DNA of 22,993 nt from Tubiluchus corallicola. Taxonomy: Eukaryota > Animalia > Priapulida. Shown in pieces: positions 1 to 9,749 of the stretch; the first letter of the stretch is position 1, and the number at the start of each line of letters is the position of its first letter. The notes beneath the pieces were generated by a model that had not been told where the DNA came from, ran no database searches, and saw only the letters and a program-made list of their open reading frames with translations. The stretch covers positions 1 through 22,993 of the forward strand of contig JAQGDQ010001868.1 in assembly GCA_030141605.1 (NCBI GenBank). The letters are read 5' to 3'. The position numbers and the translations under genes are program-made.

Positions 1-1367
1 AATGAGTGTGGTTGTCAGAAAATGAGTGTGGTTGTCAGGAAGTGAGTGTGGTTGTCAGAAAATGAGTATGGTTGTCAGAAAATGAGTGCAGTTGTCAGAA
101 CATGAGTGTGGTTGTCAGAAATGGGTGTGGTTGTCAAAAATGAGTATGGTTGTCAGAAAATGAGTGTGGTTGTCAGAAAATGAGTGTGGCTGTCAGAAAG
201 TGAGTGTGGTTGTCAGAAAATGAGTGTGGTTGTCAGAACATGAGTGTGGCTGTCAGAAAATGAGTGTGGTTGTCAGAAAATGAGTGTGGTTGTCAGAAAA
301 TAAGTGTGGTTGTCAGAAAGTGAGTGTGGTTGTCAGAAAATGAGTGTGGCTATCAGAAAGTGAGTGTGGTTGTCAGAAAGTGAGTGTGGTTGTCAGAAAA
401 TGAGTGTGGTTGTCAGAAAGTGAGTGTGGTTGTCAGAAAGTGAATGTGATTGTCAGAAAGTGAGTGTGGTTGTCAGAACATGGCGTGGTGGTCACAAATG
501 GGTGTGGTTGTCAAACACTGAGTGTGGTTGTCAGAAAATGAGTGTGGTTGTCAGGAAAATGAGTGTGGTTGTCCAAAAATGCGTGCAGTTGTCAGAACAT
601 GAGTGTGGTTGTCAGAAAGTGAGTGTGGTTGTGAGAAAATGAGTGTGGTTGTCAGAAAAATGAGTGTGGTTGTCAGAACATGAGTGTGGTTGTCAGAAAA
701 TGAGTGTGGTGGTCAGAAAGTGAGTGTGGTTGTCAGAAAGTGAGTGTGGTTGTCAGAAAATGAGTGTGGCTGTCAGAAAGTGAGTGTGGTTGTCAGAAAA
801 TGAGTGTGGTTGTCAGAAAATGAGTGTGGTTGTCAGAACATGAGTGTGGTGGTCAGAAAGTGAGTGTGGTTGTCAGAAAGTGAGTGTGGTTGTCAGAAAA
901 TGAGTGTGGCTGTCAGAAAGTGAGTGTGGTTGTCAGAAAATGAGTGTGGTGGTCAGAAAGTGAGTGTGGTTGTCAGAAAGTGAGTGTGGTTGTCAGAAAA
1001 TGAGTGTGGTTGTCAGAAAGTGAGTGTGGTTGTCAGAAAATGAGTGTGGTTGTCAGAAAATGAGTGTGGTTGTCAGAACATGAGTGTGGCTGTCAGAAAA
1101 TGAGTGTGGTTGTCAGAAATGAGTGTGGTTGTCAGAAAATAAGTGTGGTTGTCAGAAAGTGAGTGTGGTTGTCAGAAAATGAGTGTGGCTATCAGAAAAT
1201 GAAATTAGCGTTGTCAGAAAATGAGTGTGGTTGTCCAAAAATGCGTGCAGTTGTCAGAACATGGTGTGGTTGTCAGAAAGTGAGTGTGGTTGTGAGAAAG
1301 TATAGTGTGGTTGTCAGAAAATAAGTGTGGTTGTCAAGTGAGTGTAGTTTGTCAGAAAATGAGTGTG
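1..1367 (+). repeat. 20-bp tandem satellite array (consensus TGAGTGTGGTTGTCAGAAAA), ~68 units, runs off the left edge
   Basis: 20-bp periodicity is directly visible. Positions 1-1202 repeat the variant order of 5724-6925 (offset 5723), and 1203-1360 is a degraded version of 6926-7083. Confidence 0.98.
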
Positions 1368-2364
1368 CTGGCTTACTGATAGTCTGGACAGTTGTTACAG
1401 TTTCCTCTACAACCTGCGCAAACCTACTTCTAGGTGGGCAAGCTGTAATTTTTACATGCTGGTTAATTTCGAACCATTCATACATGCTAATTCAGATTTC
1501 AATGATCTGTAGTTATAAATTTCTTTTCAACTTTACTCAGGTAGGCCATTTGACGCTTGTCATATGATCGGCCTAACCCCCTTAGGTAAATTTGTCATAA
1601 CTTGCAATCTCATAAACTAAATCAAACTGTTTATTATACTGATAGCAAAACAGTTTAATATGCAACTATAGAAGTAAGCGTTGTGCATTTCTTCCTGTAA
1701 TAAATGAAGCTATAAAATATATTTCCACTAATTCACTTACAAAATAATAAATAGAACCCGGCCAATGTTTCTTCTAAATAATGAAAAGTTGAAGACAGTA
1801 TTAGATGCCCGGCAATACGCAGCTGCAGCTAAATGTCCCGAAAGCACAGGGCATTAAATAAGCTCTGCAGGGATGTGAAAAATCTTGCAAAGAGAATGAT
1901 AGACTTTATACTTGACGTCAATACACCTGCTGCAGTTTCTTTGGCTCTCTGCTTCAGTAGTAGGCCACTGAAATTGTAATTAATTTATTTATTTGTTCAA
2001 AAGTCTTAAACTCTCCCCGCCTCATTTTTTTTATTGAAAACCTATCTACGATCGCAGTGTTTCTGACATGTGCGTAAACCTATCTAGGATTTTGTTTGTT
2101 TTTGCTGAATTTTATATAGTTTCGTACCAACCAAGATGTGTAGTTTGTAAGCTAAATTGTTAAAATAATATTTTTTGGCTGTTAACTAATAATCAATTAT
2201 TGCACTACATGCAGATGGATTTGGCATTTCCGGTAGAGCTGCTGCTGCTGCTGACAATTGCAGCTAGGTTAATAGAATGCTGTAATGTAACTTTGTTTCA
2301 GTTTTACGTGTTTCAGTTTTGATTAACAGTTTACCATAGATGAATGTTTAGCTAGTATTATGAA
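1361..2364 (-). repeat. Left copy of a 1004-bp inverted duplication (partner 8542-9545)
   Basis: Reverse complement of 8542-9545. Coordinates sum to 10906 at both ends (no net indel), and every spot I compared, including homopolymer lengths, was identical. Confidence 0.95.
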
Positions 2365-2590
2365 TAGGTACTGTAAGTACTGCGGGATGGGAAAGCCACG
2401 CATCTGTCCATCAACAAGTGCATAAGTTGGAAGCTAGGTTGAATAGGTACTGTAAGTACTGGGGGATGGGAAAGCCATGCATCTGTCCATCAACAAGTGC
2501 ATAAGTCGGAAACTAGGTTGAATAGGTACTGCAAGTACTGCGGGATGGGAAACCCATGCATCTGTCCATCAACAAGTGCATAAGTTGCAA
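2363..2590 (+). repeat. 79-bp tandem subrepeat x3 at the outer end of the left inverted arm
   Basis: AATAGGTACTG(T/C)AAGTACTG starts at 2363, 2442 and 2521. The right arm carries two inverted copies at ~8400-8541. Confidence 0.92.
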
Positions 2591-3088
2591 AATCAGCAAG
2601 TAAAGCCTGGTGTCACAGCTGCGTTACAAAAGACGTTGGAATTATCAAAAAAATTACAGACAGCCACAAAACCCATAGAGAAAGATCCAAACTGACAGCA
2701 AGTCTACACCTTCAAGTTACTAGCGAATTATTAATTGCATTGTTTTTGATGGACGAAAAGACAAAACCCAAATTCAAGCTAAAAAATTGACACATTTTAC
2801 AGTGACAAAATTGCCGAGGAGAATAATTCTTCTCTGACTCGACCAAATGATACGAACTTTTGACATGTAATTCCTGCCAGTCGGTCTGCTCTTAAGTTAT
2901 GTATGTTAAGCAAGGCTGAATTGATCTTAGTGCAGCTGTCTGTGGTGGCACAATTCTAAATTCGGGCCATACTGGAGACGTAGTTCTATCTATGGAAAAG
3001 TAGTTGGGATTATCTTTGCAATTACTGGTGTGCTTGATACAATTTAACGAATTGCCACTCCGCCACATCTTTACAGCATTAGATGGAG

Positions 3089-3508
3089 CAACGACACTCA
3101 TTTCTGACAACCACACTCATTTCTGACAACCACACTCATTTCTGACACCCACACCCATTTCTGACAACAACACCCATTTTCTGACAACCACACTCATTTT
3201 CTGACAACCACACTCATTTTGTGACAACCACACTCATTTTCTGACAACCACACCCATTTCTGACAACCACACTCATTTTCTGACAACCACACTCATTTTC
3301 TGACAACCACACTCATTTTCTGACAACCACACTCATTTTCTGACAACCACACTCATTTTGTGACAACCACACTCATTTTGTGACAACCACACTCATTTTG
3401 TGACAACCACACTCATTTTCTGACAACCACACTCATTTCTGACAACCACACTCGACTTTCTGACAGCCACACTCATTTTTTCTGACAAACACAGTCATTC
3501 TGACAACC
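3089..3508 (-). repeat. Inverted 20-bp satellite array (CTGACAACCACACTCATTTT), ~21 units
   Basis: Reverse complement of the monomer at 1-1367 and 5685-7872. Confidence 0.97.
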
Positions 3509-4130
3509 TCTCTTTTTTAAACTGCATTCATGTATTTATGTCTTGACTTGGCTTTCTTTTTCATCCTTCCTGCTGACAGAGCTAGTTTGTCTGGTATGTT
3601 TGCAGTCTGCCCTTGGCTATGAAAGTTGTTGTTGTTGTTTTGTCTCAGTTAAACCATTTATTTGTCAAGAGTAGTAGAGCCATGATGTAAGTTTATTTTG
3701 GTTGTTCTGTCTGACTTTATTATTAATTTCTTTGTTTCTTTTTGGGCTCAAATTAGTTTGTTATATTTTGTTATGATTTTTTTACAGATAAAATGTATTA
3801 AAGCTACTCAAACGTGAATTTTTTGACTTTGGGCATCATGAAGTAGTAGTCCCTCACAGTTTTATATCCTTCTACAATTCTTGTTGGGAAAAGACAGGAC
3901 AGGAGAAGGTTCGCTGAGTATAAAGACAGACATGGACAGCAATGATGACTGCATTTGTTATATAAGACAAGCTGTACAGCCTACAAGCAAGTTGTTGATC
4001 AGACATTGAAACTGAAAATTTTCAATACTTTGTGTGAGTCCTTTGACCTAGATTCAGCAGTAACTGGTTTATTTGACAAGTATGCACTCTTCACAATTTG
4101 TTCATAATCGCAGAGCCTAAATTTTGTGAA

Positions 4131-4620
4131 CTGGCTGAAAAGCAATATACAGAAGAAGAATTGAAAACAAAAACCAGAGAGCAATTAAGAGAAATATTTC
4201 GTCAGAGTGACGTAGCAGTTGGAGTAATTAAAGCTGAACTAGTGGAGAGAATTATTGCTCATCATGTTCCGGCAGTGGACAGCCCCGCTAGGTAGTTTCA
4301 TGGCAGAGGCTACCGTCAGCCACATGCAGCAGCTACAATGCTACATGCTACCGGTAGCAAGGGGAAGCAACATACCACAAACACTTGGTCAAGAATTTCC
4401 AAAAGTGGTTACTCGAGTTTTAAAACTGGTGGGAAGATCTCTGACAATTCTCTCAAGCTCAAGGAAAATGAATTAAAAATTCAGAAGTGTGAAGTAAAGC
4501 TCTAAAAGTGAGGCAAAATCAGCTTGAAAATGAGAGAAATGATGATGATAAACTGACCGCAAGCCAGAAAAGTTTTAATGTTAAGGTTGCTTCATTACTT
4601 GATGAAGATGTAAGTAAAAC
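4131..4620 (+). pseudogene. Decayed N-terminal fragment of a Gypsy-type gag (SAP/HeH-like motif, coiled coil, FNVKVA motif)
   Basis: (L/M)AEKQYTEEELKTKTREQLREIFRQSDVAVGVIKAELVERII aligns with the gag start at 17536 (YTREQLGT*PMSELREIARSLGMISLSNRRVVLIDTIL). It is followed by LKLKENELKIQ and KSFNVKVASLLDEDVS with stops and frameshifts. CTG at 4131 may be a mutated ATG. Confidence 0.55.
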
Positions 4621-4632
4621 TAAAGTGACAGA

Positions 4633-4945
4633 ATGGTCACTGGAACATCAGTGGACAAAGCTTATGTTATGCAAGTAATCAATGATCAGTATACAGCATC
4701 TGCTCTGGTACTTCCCATCTCATTAAAGCAGACTGCCACACAATGACAATTGGTAGTCATGATAACTGCTGATGTGTCTGACCGGATGAAGGGATTCCTT
4801 CAAAAGACTTTTTTGATCAGTAGGAAACCTTTGACACCATTGACAGTTTGGATCTGAGTGCATTAGGACGACCTGAGCTGGGTGTGAGTTTCACGAAACT
4901 GCATTGCTGGAAACTTACACACTTTAGTGTTTCATGAATGCGAAT
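4633..4945 (+). pseudogene. GYG1: Glycogenin (GT8) N-terminal pseudogene fragment, intronless
   Basis: MVTGTSVDKAYVMQVINDQYTASALVLPISLKQTATQ*QLVVMITADVSDRMKGFLQKT / FDQ*ETFDTIDSLDLSALGRPELGVSFTKLHCWKLTHF / CFMNAN matches glycogenin AFVTLTTND-Y-ALVLG-SL ... RPELGVTLTKLHCWSLT ... CVFMDAD. Stops at 4744 and 4821, frameshifts at ~4810 and ~4927. Confidence 0.92.
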
Positions 4946-4956
4946 GACCGTCCAAC

Positions 4957-5681
4957 CAATGCAGAACTAAGTATGAGATCAACACAGAAATAACTACGAG
5001 ATCAACGCAGAACTAAGTACGAGATCAACACAGAACTAACTACGAGATCAACACAGAACTGACTACGAGATCAACGCAGAACTAAGTACGAGATCAACGC
5101 AGAACTAACTACGACATCAACACAGAACCAACTACGAGATCAACACAGAACTAACTACGACATCAACACAGAACTGACTACGAGATCAACGCAGAACTAA
5201 GTACGAGATCAATGCAGAACTAACTACGAGATCAACACAGAACTAACTACGACATCAACACAGAACTGACTACGAGATCAACGCAGAACTAAGTACGAGA
5301 TCAACACAGAACTAACTACGAGATCAATACAGAACCAACTACGAGATCAACACAGAACTAACTACGACATCAACACAGAACTGACTACGAGATCAACGCA
5401 GAACTAAGTACGAGATCAACGCAGAACTAACTACGAGATCAACACAGAACTAACTACGAGATCAACACAGAACTAACTACGAGATCAACACAGAACTAAG
5501 TACGAGATCAACACAGAACTAACTACGAGATCAACACAGAAATAACTACGAGATCAACACAGAACTAAGTACGAGATCAACACAGAACTAACTACGAGAT
5601 CAACACAGAACTAACTACGAGATCAACACAGAAATAACTACGAGATCAACACAGAACTAAGTACGAGATCAACGCAGAACT
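4957..5681 (+). repeat. 23-bp tandem minisatellite (GAGATCAACACAGAACTAACTAC), ~31 units
   Basis: TACGAGA recurs at 5041, 5064 and onward (period 23). The array abuts the 20-bp array at ~5685. Confidence 0.97.
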
Positions 5682-5684
5682 CAG

Positions 5685-7872
5685 ATGAGTGTGGTTGTTA
5701 GAAAATAAGTGTGGTTGTCAGAAAATGAGTGTGGTTGTCAGAAAATGAGTGTGGTTGTCAGGAAGTGAGTGTGGTTGTCAGAAAATGAGTATGGTTGTCA
5801 GAAAATGAGTGCAGTTGTCAGAACATGAGTGTGGTTGTCAGAAATGGGTGTGGTTGTCAAAAATGAGTATGGTTGTCAGAAAATGAGTGTGGTTGTCAGA
5901 AAATGAGTGTGGCTGTCAGAAAGTGAGTGTGGTTGTCAGAAAATGAGTGTGGTTGTCAGAACATGAGTGTGGCTGTCAGAAAATGAGTGTGGTTGTCAGA
6001 AAATGAGTGTGGTTGTCAGAAAATAAGTGTGGTTGTCAGAAAGTGAGTGTGGTTGTCAGAAAATGAGTGTGGCTATCAGAAAGTGAGTGTGGTTGTCAGA
6101 AAGTGAGTGTGGTTGTCAGAAAATGAGTGTGGTTGTCAGAAAGTGAGTGTGGTTGTCAGAAAGTGAATGTGATTGTCAGAAAGTGAGTGTGGTTGTCAGA
6201 ACATGGCGTGGTGGTCACAAATGGGTGTGGTTGTCAAACACTGAGTGTGGTTGTCAGAAAATGAGTGTGGTTGTCAGGAAAATGAGTGTGGTTGTCCAAA
6301 AATGCGTGCAGTTGTCAGAACATGAGTGTGGTTGTCAGAAAGTGAGTGTGGTTGTGAGAAAATGAGTGTGGTTGTCAGAAAAATGAGTGTGGTTGTCAGA
6401 ACATGAGTGTGGTTGTCAGAAAATGAGTGTGGTGGTCAGAAAGTGAGTGTGGTTGTCAGAAAGTGAGTGTGGTTGTCAGAAAATGAGTGTGGCTGTCAGA
6501 AAGTGAGTGTGGTTGTCAGAAAATGAGTGTGGTTGTCAGAAAATGAGTGTGGTTGTCAGAACATGAGTGTGGTGGTCAGAAAGTGAGTGTGGTTGTCAGA
6601 AAGTGAGTGTGGTTGTCAGAAAATGAGTGTGGCTGTCAGAAAGTGAGTGTGGTTGTCAGAAAATGAGTGTGGTGGTCAGAAAGTGAGTGTGGTTGTCAGA
6701 AAGTGAGTGTGGTTGTCAGAAAATGAGTGTGGTTGTCAGAAAGTGAGTGTGGTTGTCAGAAAATGAGTGTGGTTGTCAGAAAATGAGTGTGGTTGTCAGA
6801 ACATGAGTGTGGCTGTCAGAAAATGAGTGTGGTTGTCAGAAATGAGTGTGGTTGTCAGAAAATAAGTGTGGTTGTCAGAAAGTGAGTGTGGTTGTCAGAA
6901 AATGAGTGTGGCTATCAGAAAATGAGTGTGGTTGTCAGAAAATGAGTGTGGTTGTCCAAAAATGCGTGCAGTTGTCAGAACATGAGTGTGGTTGTCAGAA
7001 AGTGAGTGTGGTTGTGAGAAAATGAGTGTGGTTGTCAGAAAATAAGTGTGGTTGTCAGAAAGTGAGTGTGGTTGTCAGAAAATGAGTGTGGCTATCAGAA
7101 AATGAGTGTGGTTGTCAGAAAATGAGTGTGGTTGTCCAAAAATGCGTGCAGTTGTCAGAACATGAGTGTGGTTGTCAGAAAGTGAGTGTGGTTGTGAGAA
7201 AATGAGTGTGGTTGTCAGAAAAATGAGTGTGGTTGTCAGAACATGAGTGTGGTTGTCAGAAAATGAGTGTGGTGGTCAGAAAGTGAGTGTGGTTGTCAGA
7301 AAGTGAGTGTGGTTGTCAGAAAATGAGTGTGGCTGTCAGAAAGTGAGTGTGGTTGTCAGAAATGAGTGTGGTTGTCAGAAAATGAGTGTGGTTGTCAGAA
7401 CATGAGTGTGGTTGTCAGAAAATGAGTGTGGTGGTCAGAAAGTGAGTGTGGTTGTCAGAAAGTGAGTGTGGTTGTCAGAAAATGAGTGTGGTTGTCAGAA
7501 AGTGAGTGTGGTTGTCAGAAAATGAGTGTGGTTGTCAGAAAATGAGTGTGGTTGTCAGAACATGAGTGTGGCTGTCAGAAAATGAGTGTGGTTGTCAGAA
7601 AATGAGTGTGGTTGTCAGAAAATGACTGTGGTTGTCAGAAAATAAGTGTGGTTGTCAGAAAGTGAGTGTGGTTGTCAGAAAATGAGTGTGGCTATCAGAA
7701 AATGAGTGTGGTTGTCAGAAAATGAGTGTGGTTGTCAGAAAATGAGTGTGGTTGTCAGAAAATAAGTGTGGTTGTCAGAAAATGAGTGTGGTTGTCAGAA
7801 AATAAGTGTGGTGGTCAGAAAATGAGTGTGGTGGTCAGAAATGGGTGTGGTTGTCAAAAAAATGAGTGTTGT
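5685..7872 (+). repeat. 20-bp satellite array, ~109 units, with higher-order blocks
   Basis: Same monomer as 1-1367. The diagnostic variant GTCCAAAAATGCGTGCAG recurs, with AATGCGTGCA at 6301, 6961 and 7141. Confidence 0.98.
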
Positions 7873-8541
7873 TTAATGCTGTAAAGATATGGCTTAATGG
7901 CAATTCGTTAAAATGTATCAAGCACACCAGTAATTGCAAAGATCGTCCCAACTACTTTTCCATATACACAAGTACGCCCCCAGTATGGCCCGAATTTACA
8001 ATTGTGTAACCGCAGACAGCTGCTCTAAGACTATCGATTCAGCCTTGAAATACTATAAAATTGCTTAACAGACATTAAGAGCAGACCCACTGGCAGGAAT
8101 TACATGTCAAAAGTGCATATCATTTGGTCGAGTCAGGGAAGAGGTATTCTCCTCGGTAATTTGTTCAGTGTATAATGTGTCACTTTTTTAGCTTGAATTT
8201 GGGTTTTGTCTTTTCGTCCATCAAAAACAGTGCAATTAATAATTCGCTAGTAACTTTAAGGTATAGACTTGTTCTTAGTTTGGATCTTTCTCTACGGGTT
8301 TTGTGTGTGTCTGTCACATGGCTTGCATCATATTTTCGGGTAATTCCAACGTCTTTTATAATGCAGCTGTGACGCCAGGCTTTACTTGTTGATTTTCCAA
8401 TTTATGCACTTGTTGAAGGACAGTTGCGCGGCTTTTCCATCCCCCAGTACTTACAGTACCTATTCAACCTAGTTTCCAACTTATGCACTTGTTGTTGGAC
8501 AGATGCGTGGCTTTACCATCCCGCAGTACTTACAGTACCTC

Positions 8542-9545
8542 TTCATAATACTAGCTAAACATTCATCTATGGTAAACTGTTAATCAAAACTGAAACACGT
8601 AAAACTGAAACAAAGTTACATTACAGCATTCTATTAACCTAGCTGCAATTGTCAGCAGCAGCAGCAGCTCTACCGGAAATGCCAAATCCATCTGCATGTA
8701 GTGCAATAATTGATTATTAGTTAACAGCCAAAAAATATTATTTTAACAATTTAGCTTACAAACTACACATCTTGGTTGGTACGAAACTATATAAAATTCA
8801 GCAAAAACAAACAAAATCCTAGATAGGTTTACGCACATGTCAGAAACACTGCGATCGTAGATAGGTTTTCAATAAAAAAAATGAGGCGGGGAGAGTTTAA
8901 GACTTTTGAACAAATAAATAAATTAATTACAATTTCAGTGGCCTACTACTGAAGCAGAGAGCCAAAGAAACTGCAGCAGGTGTATTGACGTCAAGTATAA
9001 AGTCTATCATTCTCTTTGCAAGATTTTTCACATCCCTGCAGAGCTTATTTAATGCCCTGTGCTTTCGGGACATTTAGCTGCAGCTGCGTATTGCCGGGCA
9101 TCTAATACTGTCTTCAACTTTTCATTATTTAGAAGAAACATTGGCCGGGTTCTATTTATTATTTTGTAAGTGAATTAGTGGAAATATATTTTATAGCTTC
9201 ATTTATTACAGGAAGAAATGCACAACGCTTACTTCTATAGTTGCATATTAAACTGTTTTGCTATCAGTATAATAAACAGTTTGATTTAGTTTATGAGATT
9301 GCAAGTTATGACAAATTTACCTAAGGGGGTTAGGCCGATCATATGACAAGCGTCAAATGGCCTACCTGAGTAAAGTTGAAAAGAAATTTATAACTACAGA
9401 TCATTGAAATCTGAATTAGCATGTATGAATGGTTCGAAATTAACCAGCATGTAAAAATTACAGCTTGCCCACCTAGAAGTAGGTTTGCGCAGGTTGTAGA
9501 GGAAACTGTAACAACTGTCCAGACTATCAGTAAGCCAGCACACTC
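8542..9545 (+). repeat. Right (probably original) copy of the 1004-bp inverted duplication
   Basis: Reverse complement of 1361-2364. It continues into unique sequence at 9546 without a visible junction. Confidence 0.95.
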
Positions 9546-9749
9546 GTAGAAACCCTTATAATTAGCCTCTTATAATTAGCACCAACTAGCGCAGGGCAGA
9601 CTCACCTGCAGCAAGGATTTACATTCTTGTTTCAATTTCACAACACCTTGGCACCTTTGAACAGCTGTCAAATTTAAAAAATTAAAATGATTCCAATTCT
9701 TTCACACAATCTTGTGTTAGTTGTGTGAAATGTATAATGAAATGATGAA

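Larger units (their letters stand above)
2365..8541. mobile_element. Foldback-like composite element: long modular inverted arms (79-bp repeats + ~500 bp unique + 20-bp satellite) around a ~2.2 kb cargo loop; no transposase
   Basis: 2365-3088 is an inverted match to 7873-8541 (roughly 85-90% by eye, with indels). Each arm continues inward as the same 20-bp satellite in opposite orientation. The true termini and TSD cannot be resolved because of the flanking inverted duplication. Confidence 0.65.

Noticed and set aside
424-642. 72-aa ORF and its twin at 6147-6365
   Set aside because: These are translations of satellite DNA, useful only as a marker of the 5723-bp offset duplication.
1-1367. 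TG-rich array as a telomere
   Set aside because: The same repeat occurs internally in both orientations as part of the inverted arms, and it is not TTAGGG/TTAGG-like.
1-7872. 20-bp and 23-bp arrays as CRISPR arrays
   Set aside because: Units are head-to-tail with no unique spacers, there are no cas genes, and the context is eukaryotic.
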